NCBI GenBank assembly: GCA_039932315.1
Contig: JBDTQG010000001.1
Span: forward strand, 10,232 to 74,231
Direction: 5' to 3'
DNA length: 64,000 bases
DNA from: Thermoanaerobaculia bacterium
Lineage (GTDB): Bacteria; Acidobacteriota; Thermoanaerobaculia; Multivoradales; JAGPDF01
A program made the position numbers and the translations under genes. The notes under the pieces were generated by a model. That model did no database searches. It was not told the DNA's origin and saw only the letters and a list, made by a program, of their open reading frames with translations. Position 1 is the stretch's first letter, and each line of letters begins with the position of its first letter. Positions 8,712-17,846 of the stretch are shown here, in pieces.

Positions 8712-11654
8712 TCAGATGCTGGGCAGGGAAAGCTCCCGCCGCGTCGCTGCATCGACGATGAGTCGATGCAGCGGAACCTGAAAGAGAAATCTCTGGCGCA
8801 TGGCCGGCGCGAGGAACGCCGTCTGCCGCATGAGCTCGGCGTAGCTCTTCTCGAGGTGCAGGAGCGGTTTCAACTGGGCGACTTTGCGCTCGCTCAGCCA
8901 CTCGGCGGCGAGGTAGAGATTGAAATCCGAAAGCTCGCGAAGCGGAGCCGAGTCGAGAAGGGCGCGCTCCTGCGAAAGCAGCTCATACGCCGGGCGTACG
9001 CCGTCGGGGCGACCGCGCGCGATTTCAGCTTCGATGCGATACGCAAGATCGGCGAGCAGGCTGGACGCCTTCCCGAGCTCGCGATGCAGCCGCGCCGCCT
9101 CCTCGAGGTTGGTGATCGCGGCCTCGTGGCGGCGCAGGCGAAGCTGAATCCGCCCGAGCAGTTGCTCGGCGTCGGCGCGGGGCTCCCCGGGCGGGACCAG
9201 ACTCAGGGCGAAGTGGGCTTTCCGGACCTCGAGCAGCGCCTGGTCGGGCTGGTCGAGCTGCAGCAGATTCTCGGCAACCGCGAGGCGCGCGATGGCTTCT
9301 CCGACGGTGTCGTCACGTCCTTCCCGCAGCGCCAGGGCGCGTCGCAGGACCGGCGCGGCACCGGCGAAATCGCCCAGGCGCCCCATGGCGCGCCCGACAC
9401 CGACGAGCGCGAACGCCTCTTCGGCTTCGGACTTCTCGTCGGCGAGCAGCTGTCGGGCCTCCTCGAAGCAGGCGAGGCTGGACGGAAAGTTGCCCTGCGC
9501 AAGGGCGACCGCGCCGAGCGCCGAGAGTGATGTCGCAACACCGGTACCCTTCTCGCGCCGGGCGGCGAGCGCTTGCTGGTGAAGAGCGGTCGCATCGTCG
9601 AGCCGGAACTCGTGGTACGCGATGTTGCCGAGGAAGAAGCGGCACGTCGAGGCCAGACCTTTGCGGTTCAGATGCTCTGCGACGCTCAGGGTCTTGGTGA
9701 AGAGCTCACCGGCTTCGGCCGTCTTGCCTTGGCGCACGAGCATCCGACCGAGCTCGAGGAGGAGCATTTCGCGGCGGCGCGCGTCGCCGTTCGGCCCGGC
9801 GAGCGCCTGGCGCAGGACCCACTCCGCCTCGCTGTAGCGTCCTGCCATCTGGGCGAGCTCGGCGCGCAGCGCGGCGATGGCCAGGAAACGCTGGGCGTTG
9901 TCGCGCGCGAGCTCGAAGCCCCGTTCGAGTGCGGCGGCCAGCTCGTGGAGCCGCCCCATCCGCCGCGCGAGCGGCAGCAGGACCCAGAGAAGATCGACCT
10001 CGAGCTGCGGTTCACCGTCCCGCTCCCGATGCGTCGCGAGCTCCTGACGCAGGGCAGTGAACAGCTGATCGCGCGGAATCTTGGCGCCGGTCGAGGCCGC
10101 CGCGAGGAGGACTCGCGCGCCGGCCTCGGTGCCCCGGAGGAGCTCGTATGCGGCCCAGAGCTCTTCGACCGCGCTCGACCGCGCCGCGAGAAGCTCTCCC
10201 AGGCCGCTGCGCAGCATGGCCGCCGATGCCGGCCGCAGAGTGTCGGCGTACGACTGACGCAACGCCAGGGAGGCGAAGCTCAGCCCCTCTCCCCAGGGTC
10301 CATCGGCGGCGACCAGGATTCCGGCTTCGCGGAATGCCAGATCCCACTGCCGCGGCGGAGCCTCGCCGCCGAGCGCGAGCGCGGCCGAGCGCAGCTCGTC
10401 GGCCGGAATCGGCGTCGCGATCTGGGCGAGAAAGCGCAGGGGGAGCGTGGGTCCCAGCCGCATCGCCTCGGCTTCAGCGTGGGCGAGGAAGCGACGGCTC
10501 GGCTGGAAACGGGTTTCCGCCCTTTCGTTGCCGCTGAAGAAGAACGACCCGAAGACCTGGCGCAGCCGGCGATCGCGGACCAGAAGAAGGAGTGCCTCCT
10601 CGAGCGCGAACGGGTTGCCGCCGGCGCCGTCCGCGAGCGTGGCGGCGACCGAATCCGGCAATGACAGGCCGCGGAAAAGTTGCGACGAGCAGCGGGCCCA
10701 GGCATCCGGGGAGAGCGGACCGACGCGAAGCTCGGGCGCTGTCGCGAGCGATTTCGGCCACGCCACGGCAGGGCGGGAGAGGAGCACCAGACGCAGCTCG
10801 TCCCCGAGGCGGGGATGCTTCTGGAGCTCCTCGATCTCGGCCCAGACCGCGGGCGGTGCCGATTCGAGATGATCGTAGATGATCCACACCGGGCGCGCCG
10901 GCTCTGCGGCAAGCTCGGAAACGATGGACGGCAGTGTCGCCCCGGGCTGCAGCGCGCTGAGGGCTGCGTTCCGCCAGATGGTCGGCTCTCCCATCGCCCG
11001 CATGACCTCCCAGACGAGACGGGTCTTGCCGACGCCGAACGGGCCGATGACGCGCACGACCGGCTGCCCGAGACTCTCGGTGAGCGGCTCCTCGACCTCC
11101 GGGCGCGGGACCCACTTCGCGGTCCGCGACAGAACCTCGGGATTCCGCCAGGTCGGAATGGCCACCGCACGGGGCTTCACGGCGGCGAGCGGGATCAGGC
11201 GTCCGCTGCCAAAGGTGAGATTTCCGCTCGGCTCGACGGCCCAGGAGCCTTCGAGATGGTGTGCGGCGTGCGTCGTCAAGAGAACTTTTCCCGCCGGAAT
11301 CGCCGGAATCCGCTGCGCGATCTCTTCGAGCAGCGCTTCCCCGAGAAGAGTCACCTGGGCGCCGATCTCTGCGGCCGCTGGCGTGATGAGGAGGCTAGCC
11401 CCCTGCCGGGCGCGTTCCCCGGCGGCACCGGCGACGACGACCTCGCCGAGGGCCACGGCGCGGTCGAAGAAGGCGGCGTTCCCCGGCAGCGGCAGGATGA
11501 GCCAGCGGTTCGTCCCGGCGGGAAAGACGCCGTCGGCGCGCGCCGCCACCGAGGTCAGGCGATCGGCGGCGCTCTTGTCACTCCCCGGCCAGAGGTGAAG
11601 GAGTGCGGCCGGAACGACACGCTGGATCGGCTCCGGAGGGGGAAACAGGCGCAT
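8712..11654 (-). CDS. STAND-type P-loop NTPase with a long C-terminal TPR array
   Basis: The 980-aa ORF has Walker A GPFGVGKTRL and Walker B-like VWIIYDHLE, followed by many TPR-like helical repeats. The N-terminal ~190 aa are of unclear function. Confidence 0.75.
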   Translation of the reverse strand: MRLFPPPEPIQRVVPAALLHLWPGSDKSAADRLTSVAARADGVFPAGTNRWLILPLPGNAAFFDRAVALGEVVVAGAAGERARQGASLLITPAAAEIGAQVTLLGEALLEEIAQRIPAIPAGKVLLTTHAAHHLEGSWAVEPSGNLTFGSGRLIPLAAVKPRAVAIPTWRNPEVLSRTAKWVPRPEVEEPLTESLGQPVVRVIGPFGVGKTRLVWEVMRAMGEPTIWRNAALSALQPGATLPSIVSELAAEPARPVWIIYDHLESAPPAVWAEIEELQKHPRLGDELRLVLLSRPAVAWPKSLATAPELRVGPLSPDAWARCSSQLFRGLSLPDSVAATLADGAGGNPFALEEALLLLVRDRRLRQVFGSFFFSGNERAETRFQPSRRFLAHAEAEAMRLGPTLPLRFLAQIATPIPADELRSAALALGGEAPPRQWDLAFREAGILVAADGPWGEGLSFASLALRQSYADTLRPASAAMLRSGLGELLAARSSAVEELWAAYELLRGTEAGARVLLAAASTGAKIPRDQLFTALRQELATHRERDGEPQLEVDLLWVLLPLARRMGRLHELAAALERGFELARDNAQRFLAIAALRAELAQMAGRYSEAEWVLRQALAGPNGDARRREMLLLELGRMLVRQGKTAEAGELFTKTLSVAEHLNRKGLASTCRFFLGNIAYHEFRLDDATALHQQALAARREKGTGVATSLSALGAVALAQGNFPSSLACFEEARQLLADEKSEAEEAFALVGVGRAMGRLGDFAGAAPVLRRALALREGRDDTVGEAIARLAVAENLLQLDQPDQALLEVRKAHFALSLVPPGEPRADAEQLLGRIQLRLRRHEAAITNLEEAARLHRELGKASSLLADLAYRIEAEIARGRPDGVRPAYELLSQERALLDSAPLRELSDFNLYLAAEWLSERKVAQLKPLLHLEKSYAELMRQTAFLAPAMRQRFLFQVPLHRLIVDAATRRELSLPSI

Positions 11655-11691
11655 GTTTGATATAAGGATGAGGTCTGGAGGAGAGAAACCT

Positions 11692-12240
11692 ATGGCATCA
11701 CGCCGTCTGTTGAACCGAATCTACTACTTCACGGTCGAGGATGAGGGCATCCTTGGCGAAGCTTTTCCCAAGTTCGAGCAGCAGAGCTTCTGCCTCGCCT
11801 ACAAGGTGATCGGCACGGACGACGTCTTCGTGACCTCGGCCGAGACCAAAGAGGCGATGGATCGCCACGACGTTCCCTACAACCTGCTGGCCGAAGAAGA
11901 GGCGGGAAAGGTCGCGCTCCTGCACACGCCGCAGTCGAAAGAGGAGCTCGCGGATCACGAGGACGCCCTGAAGTCGCTGATCCTGGCGCACCGTTCGATC
12001 GCGGCGGCCTGTGTCGGAGTGAACGGCGACGCCGACCTCGGCTTCACCCAGTCGCAAGGCGCCCAGGACTTCACCTACTTCACGGCGCCCGCCGGCCACA
12101 CGTTCATTTTCCGCCTCTTCACCGACCGCAAGGAAGCGGTTCAGTTCATGAAGAAGCGGGCCGGTTCCGACAAGAAATCGGTCGAATGGGCGGAGACGAT
12201 CCCGCTCGCGACGGCCAAGGAGCTCAAGAGCTATCACTGA
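11692..12240 (+). CDS. Hypothetical cytoplasmic protein
   Basis: It lies in frame with the 11653..12240 ORF. The ATG at 11692 is preceded by GGAGGA 8 nt upstream. I recognise no family. The region looks less GC-rich than its neighbours. Confidence 0.6.
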   Translation: MASRRLLNRIYYFTVEDEGILGEAFPKFEQQSFCLAYKVIGTDDVFVTSAETKEAMDRHDVPYNLLAEEEAGKVALLHTPQSKEELADHEDALKSLILAHRSIAAACVGVNGDADLGFTQSQGAQDFTYFTAPAGHTFIFRLFTDRKEAVQFMKKRAGSDKKSVEWAETIPLATAKELKSYH

Positions 12241-12319
12241 TTTCGAGCCCACCTACAGCGTCTCGGCGCTGGGGCGCGGGATCAAGGAGCTGCTCGGCGA
12301 GGCGTTCGCGTCGGTCTGG

Positions 12320-13465
12320 GTGGCCGGCGAGATCCAGCGTTACAAGGCGAGTCCGGCCGGACATCACTACTTCGACCTGGTCGAGAAGGGCGACGGCGAC
12401 AAGATCGTCGGCGTCCTCTCGGCGGTCGTGTGGAAGGGCGAGTTCCTGCGCCTGCGCGCGGCGCTCGATCGCGCGGGCGCGCGCCTCGCCGACGGTCAGA
12501 AGGTGCGCTGCCGGGTCGGAGTCGATTTCTATCCTCCGGGCGGACGGCTGCAGGTTCAGGTGCGGGAGATCGATCCCAACTTCACCTTAGGCGAGCTCGC
12601 TCGCCGGCGGGAAGAGACGATCGAGGCGCTCTCCGCAGCGGGCCTGCTGGAACGCAACAAGGCGTTGCCCCTCGCCGAGATTCCGCTGCGCCTCGCGCTG
12701 GTGACATCGGCGGGCAGCGCCGCGTACCACGATTTCCTGGCGACCCTGGCGGAGAGCGGGTACGGTTTCCGCGTGCTCTTCGTGCACTCCGCCGTTCAGG
12801 GGCCCGAGGCGGAGGCGAGCTTGCCGTCGGCGATCGCGCTCGCGGCCGGTTCCGGTTGCGACCTCGTCGTGCTGATTCGCGGCGGCGGCTCGAAGAGCGA
12901 TCTCGCGGTCTTCGACAGCCGGGCCGTCGCGCAGGCCGTGGCCATGGCGAGCGCGCCGGTGTGGACGGGACTGGGTCACGAAATCGACGAGGCGGTCGCC
13001 GACCTTGCGGCGCACCGATCATGGAAAACGCCCACCAAGGTGGCCGAGGAGCTGGTCCTCCGGGTGGGCGCGGCGGAGCTCGCGGCGGCGCGCCTCGGCG
13101 AGCGTCTGGTCCGGGAGGTGCGGCGATCGCTCGCCGAAGCGACGGCGCGGCTCGCCCGGGCCGAGCGCCGGGCGCTCGCCGGACGTGAACGGCTGCGACG
13201 GGCGAGCACGCGGCTCGCTGCCCTCGCCGAAGGGTTGAAGCGTGCTGCGCAGTTTCGTCTGCGCTCGGCGACCCTCCGGCTCGACGGCTGGGCCCGACTC
13301 GCGGCGGGACTCGAACCGCGCCGGGTGCTGGCGCGCGGCTACAGCCTGACCCGCGACAGCCGGGGAGCTCTGCTGCGAGACGCGGACACGGTGCGTTCCG
13401 GCGACCGGATCACGACGGAGCTCGCGACCGGCAGTCTGATCAGTGAAGTGAAGGAGGTTGGATGA
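12320..13465 (+). CDS. xseA: Exodeoxyribonuclease VII large subunit
   Basis: The 381-aa ORF starts at GTG and has OB-fold and catalytic regions (GHHYFDLVEKGD, LIRGGGSKSDL). Conserved N-terminal sequence (YSVSALGRGIKELLGEAFASVW) continues upstream to about 12233 without an ATG, GTG or TTG. Confidence 0.85.
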   Translation: MAGEIQRYKASPAGHHYFDLVEKGDGDKIVGVLSAVVWKGEFLRLRAALDRAGARLADGQKVRCRVGVDFYPPGGRLQVQVREIDPNFTLGELARRREETIEALSAAGLLERNKALPLAEIPLRLALVTSAGSAAYHDFLATLAESGYGFRVLFVHSAVQGPEAEASLPSAIALAAGSGCDLVVLIRGGGSKSDLAVFDSRAVAQAVAMASAPVWTGLGHEIDEAVADLAAHRSWKTPTKVAEELVLRVGAAELAAARLGERLVREVRRSLAEATARLARAERRALAGRERLRRASTRLAALAEGLKRAAQFRLRSATLRLDGWARLAAGLEPRRVLARGYSLTRDSRGALLRDADTVRSGDRITTELATGSLISEVKEVG

Positions 13466-13728
13466 AGAAGAACGGGGTCATCTTGGCGGGCGTGGGGGGC
13501 GAGGCGAGCGAGCTCGGCGCAAAAGGCGCCGGGCCGGAGCCCGGCTTCAGCGAAGCGATGCGGGAGCTCGAGGCGCTGCTCGGAAGGATCGAGGACGACT
13601 CGCTCGATATCGACCGGCTCGCGGCGGAGCTCGAACGGGCCGCTCAGCTCCTCGAGCTCTGCCGCGGCAAGATCCGCCGCGCGGAGCTCGAAGTCACCGA
13701 AATCGTGCAGAAGCTCGAGCCCGGCTGA
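13462..13728 (+). CDS. xseB: Exodeoxyribonuclease VII small subunit
   Basis: The 88-aa ORF overlaps xseA by ATGA. It contains FSEAMRELEALLGRIEDDSLDIDRL...LLELCRGKIRRAELEV. Confidence 0.85.
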   Translation: MKKNGVILAGVGGEASELGAKGAGPEPGFSEAMRELEALLGRIEDDSLDIDRLAAELERAAQLLELCRGKIRRAELEVTEIVQKLEPG

Positions 13729-13766
13729 AGCGGGGCCGGAGCGGGAATCGCACGGCGTTCGTCCAC

Positions 13767-14393
13767 TCAGCCGTGGACCGTCGGTTCAACGCCGGCCTGG
13801 GCGGCGAGGTCGCGATCGAGCTCGAGCCAGCCCTGAAATCTCTCCGCGAGCGCCGCCGCGTCGACGTCGCGGCCGGCGAGTCGGTAGAAGAGCTGCCAGT
13901 GCCGCTTCTCCGCCGGTCCGAGGTCGGCGAGGAGGCGGGCGACGTCCGGATCGCTGACCTCGACGACCTCCAGCAGGCGCGTGAATCGTTCGCAGCTCCG
14001 CGCCTCGACGATGGCGCCGAACAGCAGGCGATCGACCTTCGTCCACGGGCCCTGACGCTCGACGATCCGCGCCCGCAGCGCCTGCACCCAGCGGTTCGTC
14101 CGGCGACCTCCGGTCGCGAGCCGGCGGCGACGCAGGATCGCGAGCACTCTCCGGAAATGCTGGATCTCTTCGGCGGCGAGCGCGGAAGCGGCATCGACGA
14201 GCTCGAAGTCGTCCGGATACCAGGAGGTGAGCGCCAGAGCGTATTGCGCGACCTGCTGTTCGCAGACCGCATGATCCGCGAGAAAGACCGGCAGGTTGGC
14301 CGCAGCGAGGTGGGCCCACGCCGGCGAAGTGGCGACGAGCAGCGGCAGCTCCTTCGCGACTTCTTCGTAGGTGGGAATCGTCGTCGGTTTCAG
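13767..14393 (-). CDS. MiaE-like tRNA hydroxylase family protein (putative diiron enzyme)
   Basis: This is the C-terminal 208 codons of the 13767..15896 ORF. It contains LPLLVATSPAWAHLAAANLPVFLADHAVCEQQ...AAEEIQHF...AIVEARSCERF. The only plausible start is a CTG overlapping the upstream stop (CTGA). Confidence 0.6.
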   Translation of the reverse strand: MKPTTIPTYEEVAKELPLLVATSPAWAHLAAANLPVFLADHAVCEQQVAQYALALTSWYPDDFELVDAASALAAEEIQHFRRVLAILRRRRLATGGRRTNRWVQALRARIVERQGPWTKVDRLLFGAIVEARSCERFTRLLEVVEVSDPDVARLLADLGPAEKRHWQLFYRLAGRDVDAAALAERFQGWLELDRDLAAQAGVEPTVHG

Positions 14394-14689
14394 TTTTTTC
14401 TCGCGGCGTCGATTTCGAAGGCAACCGGACGGGAAGCGCGGCTCTCCGGATGCGCGACGCCGTCTTCGCGCAGATCCTCGCGGATGAGCAGCTCGAGAAA
14501 GAGCTCGCGAACGCCGGTCCGGCCGCGCTGGTGGAAGATGCGGCGCACCTCCCCGGGTGTGACCGAGATCCCCGTCATCGTTCGCAGGTACTGACTGAAG
14601 ACGCGCGGCCGCGAAGCGAAGCTCACCACGAGCAGGAGGAGCAGTCCTACCGCGAAGCCGAGCAGAATGAGGGTCGGACTCCAGATCAT
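14390..14689 (-). CDS. Small membrane protein, hypothetical
   Basis: The 99-aa ORF has one N-terminal TM helix (LILLGFAVGLLLLLVVSF). I recognise no family. Confidence 0.5.
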   Translation of the reverse strand: MIWSPTLILLGFAVGLLLLLVVSFASRPRVFSQYLRTMTGISVTPGEVRRIFHQRGRTGVRELFLELLIREDLREDGVAHPESRASRPVAFEIDAARKN

Positions 14690-14714
14690 CGAGTGGGGAT
14701 CCTAGCGCGGTAGC

Positions 14715-15854
14715 ATGGCCGCTGTGAGCGGGTTGTCGAGTGCAGAGCTGCAACGGTACGGTCGGCACCTGTCGTTGCCGGAAGTCGGACTGGCCGGGCA
14801 GCAGCGCCTCAAGGAGAGCCGTGTGCTCGTCGTCGGAGCCGGCGGACTCGGTGCACCGGCGGCGCTCTACCTCGCGGCGGCCGGCGTCGGACGGCTCGGG
14901 CTCGCCGATTTCGACTTCGTGGAGCGCTCGAATCTCCAGCGCCAGATTCTCTACAGCGAATCCGACGTCGGGCGCTCGAAGCTCGAAGCGGCCGCGGCTC
15001 GCCTGCGCGCCGCGAATTCGGACCTCGATCTCGTGCTGCACCCGACCCGGGTCGAACGCGGGAACATCACCGAGCTCGTGGCTCCCTACGATGTCGTCAT
15101 CGATGGAACGGACAACTTTCCGACGCGGTACCTCGTTCACGACGCCTGCTACTTCGCCGCGAAGCCCTACGTCTACGGCTCGATCTTCCGCTTCGAGGGC
15201 CAGGCCTCCGTTTTCGCGCGCGGCCGTGGGCCCTGCTATCGCTGCCTGTTTCCGGAGCCGCCGCCGCCGGGCTCGGTTCCCTCCTGCGCCGAGGCCGGCG
15301 TCATCGGGGTCCTTCCGGGAATCGTCGGCTCGATTCAGGCCAATGAGGCGATCAAGCTCCTGCTGGGCATCGGCGAACCGCTTTTCGGCCGGCTCCTGCT
15401 GTTCGAAGCCCTGGCGATGCGTTTCCGCGAGGTTCTGGTGTCGCGCGACGCGGACTGCCCGCTCTGTGGCGACCAGCCCACCCAGCGCGAGCTCGTCGAG
15501 TATTCCGATGTCTGTGCGCCGGACGGGAACGGCGACGACTTCGACATTCTCCCGGCGGAGGTCGCCCGGCGCCGCGCGGCCGGCGAGCCGATGACGATTC
15601 TGGATGTCCGGCTGGCGCCGGAGCTCGCGGTCGCGCGCGTCGAGGGAGCCCTCTGGATCCCGCTGCACCAGCTCCCGGCCCGCACCGCCGAGGTGCCGCG
15701 CGACCGGCCCGTTTTCGCGCTCTGTCATGTCGGAGTGCGTTCCGCGCAGGCGACGGTGTTCCTGCGTGAAGCGGGCTACTCCGACGTGCGCAACATCGCC
15801 GGCGGCATCGACGCCTGGAGTTGCGAGGTCGACGCGGGCGTGGCGCGATACTGA
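14715..15854 (+). CDS. moeB: MoeB/ThiF-type adenylyltransferase with a C-terminal rhodanese domain
   Basis: The 379-aa ORF has RYGRHLSLPEVG, the nucleotide-binding loop VVGAGGLGAPAALYLAAAGVG, CxxC pairs and a rhodanese active-site loop (ALCHVGVRS). Confidence 0.85.
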   Translation: MAAVSGLSSAELQRYGRHLSLPEVGLAGQQRLKESRVLVVGAGGLGAPAALYLAAAGVGRLGLADFDFVERSNLQRQILYSESDVGRSKLEAAAARLRAANSDLDLVLHPTRVERGNITELVAPYDVVIDGTDNFPTRYLVHDACYFAAKPYVYGSIFRFEGQASVFARGRGPCYRCLFPEPPPPGSVPSCAEAGVIGVLPGIVGSIQANEAIKLLLGIGEPLFGRLLLFEALAMRFREVLVSRDADCPLCGDQPTQRELVEYSDVCAPDGNGDDFDILPAEVARRRAAGEPMTILDVRLAPELAVARVEGALWIPLHQLPARTAEVPRDRPVFALCHVGVRSAQATVFLREAGYSDVRNIAGGIDAWSCEVDAGVARY

Positions 15855-15989
15855 GTGCGACCTTCCCGGTGCTCGAGGCGCGGTACCCCGCGACAACTTT
15901 CATCCGCAGGCGTCGTATTCTTGGGTGATCGGAAGCGGAAGGATCCGTTTCCCGGGGCGGCCGGATCGTGTCGGTCGAACCTTTTCCGG

Positions 15990-17846
15990 ATGGTGCAAAC
16001 CATGAAGCGAGACCTCGAGAAGCTCCCCGGGCGCCCGCGCCCACTGATTGCTGCCGCCGCGATGGCGCTGTCCGTTTGCGCGCTGTCGGCCGCCGAAGCG
16101 AAGGTGACGGCGCCCGCCAAGCCGTCAGCGCAGACGACCGCGAAAAAGGCGGAGGTTCCCGTCGGCGAGTTCACGCTCGCGAACGGAATGCGATTCCTCG
16201 TCGTCACGCGCCCGTCTCAGGCGACCGTCATGGGCGGCTTCGTCGCCCACGTCGGATCGGCGAACGAACGGCCGGGAATCACCGGCGTGGCGCATTTCTT
16301 CGAGCACATGATGTTCAAGGGCTCGCGCATCATCGGCACGCGTGACGAGAAGCGCGACCAGGAGATCATGGAGCAGCAGGAAAAACTCCAGGACAAGATC
16401 CGCGCCGCCTATGCCGGCCAGCGCGTCCGCTACCGCAAGGGCGAGATCGCGGATCCGTTCGATCCGGCGAGCCGGACGGAAGAGCTGGTCAAGCTCGAGG
16501 ACGATTTCAAGAAGCTGGTCGACGAGCAGCGCGACCTCATGGTCAAGGACGAGTTCGACAAGATCTACACCGAGGCGGGCGCGTCGGGAATGAACGCGAC
16601 GACCAACTCGGACTCGACCGTCTTCTTCATCACCGTCCCGGCGAACAAGATCGAGCTGTGGTTCTGGATGGAGTCCGAGCGCCTGCTGCAGCCGGTATTC
16701 CGCGAGTTCTATTCCGAGCGTGACGTCGTGCAGGAAGAGCGCCGGTTGCGCGTCGAGTCGACGCCCACGGGACGCTTCGACGAACAGTTGAATTCCATGT
16801 TCTGGACGTCGCATCCCTACAAATGGGAGACCATCGGCTGGATGTCGGATCTGAAGACGTTGTCGATGGCCGACGCGCAGGACTTCTTCTCGACCTACTA
16901 CGCTCCAGGGAACATCACCGCTGCGCTGGTCGGCAACATCACGCTCGACCAGGCGCGCACGCTGGCCGAGAAATATTTCGGACGGATCCCCAAAGGCGCG
17001 AAGCCGGTACCCGACATCGTCACTCTGGAGGAGAAGCAGCTCGCCGAGAAGCGCATGAACGCCGAGTGCGACTGCCAGCCGCAGGTGTCGGTGCAGTTCC
17101 ACACCGTTCCGTTCGAGCACAAGGATCAGTACACGCTCGACGTCATCGACAGCCTGCTCAACGGTCAGACGGGGCGTCTCAACAAGAGCCTGGTGCTCGA
17201 CCAGAAGCTCGCATCCTCGGCATCGTCGAGTCAACAGTCGCTGCGCTGGAACGGTTCGCTGACGCTCGCTGCCGAGACCAAGGGCGACGCGACGCCGGCG
17301 GCACTCGAAGCGGCGCTGTGGGCGGAAGTGTCGCGGTTGCAGAACGAGGCCGTTCCCGCAGAGGAGCTCGCGAAGGTCAAGAATCAGATCGTTGCGACGT
17401 CGTATCGCAATCTCGAAAACCCGTTCTTCCTGCTCATTCAGCTGCTGTTCTACGACGGATGGGGCGACTGGCACTACCTCAACGAATGGTCCGCGAAGAC
17501 CCTGGCGGTGACGCCGGAGGACGTGCAGCGTGTGGCGAAGTTCTACTTCACGCCGGAGAATCGAACCGTTGCGACCTACTCCCGCAAAGCCGGAACCGTG
17601 GCGGTCGAGGTGCCCGCGGAGCTCGCAGGATTGCCGCCGCAGATGCAGCAACAGGTCCTGGCGCAGATCCAGCAGATCGGAACGATCGACGACCCGGCGA
17701 TGCTCGAGCAGATGATTTCCGGCATCGAGCAGCAGGGTGCGCAGATTCCGCCGGAGATGAAACCGGCGCTCGACGCGATCCTGAACGCCGCCCGGGCCCA
17801 ACTCGAGAAACTGAAGACCGGTGCGAATTCCGGAGGTGGTCAGTGA
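15990..17846 (+). CDS. M16 (pitrilysin) family zinc peptidase, catalytic subunit
   Basis: It lies in frame with the 15855..17846 ORF. A signal peptide follows MKRDLEK (an alternative ATG lies at 16002). The HxxEH zinc motif appears in AHFFEHMMFKGS. Confidence 0.85.
   Translation: MVQTMKRDLEKLPGRPRPLIAAAAMALSVCALSAAEAKVTAPAKPSAQTTAKKAEVPVGEFTLANGMRFLVVTRPSQATVMGGFVAHVGSANERPGITGVAHFFEHMMFKGSRIIGTRDEKRDQEIMEQQEKLQDKIRAAYAGQRVRYRKGEIADPFDPASRTEELVKLEDDFKKLVDEQRDLMVKDEFDKIYTEAGASGMNATTNSDSTVFFITVPANKIELWFWMESERLLQPVFREFYSERDVVQEERRLRVESTPTGRFDEQLNSMFWTSHPYKWETIGWMSDLKTLSMADAQDFFSTYYAPGNITAALVGNITLDQARTLAEKYFGRIPKGAKPVPDIVTLEEKQLAEKRMNAECDCQPQVSVQFHTVPFEHKDQYTLDVIDSLLNGQTGRLNKSLVLDQKLASSASSSQQSLRWNGSLTLAAETKGDATPAALEAALWAEVSRLQNEAVPAEELAKVKNQIVATSYRNLENPFFLLIQLLFYDGWGDWHYLNEWSAKTLAVTPEDVQRVAKFYFTPENRTVATYSRKAGTVAVEVPAELAGLPPQMQQQVLAQIQQIGTIDDPAMLEQMISGIEQQGAQIPPEMKPALDAILNAARAQLEKLKTGANSGGGQ

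Noticed and set aside
14394-15896. The upstream 500 codons of the 709-aa minus-strand ORF 13767..15896
   Set aside because: This part is antisense to moeB and overlaps the separately framed small membrane protein gene. Only the last 208 codons show MiaE-like sequence.
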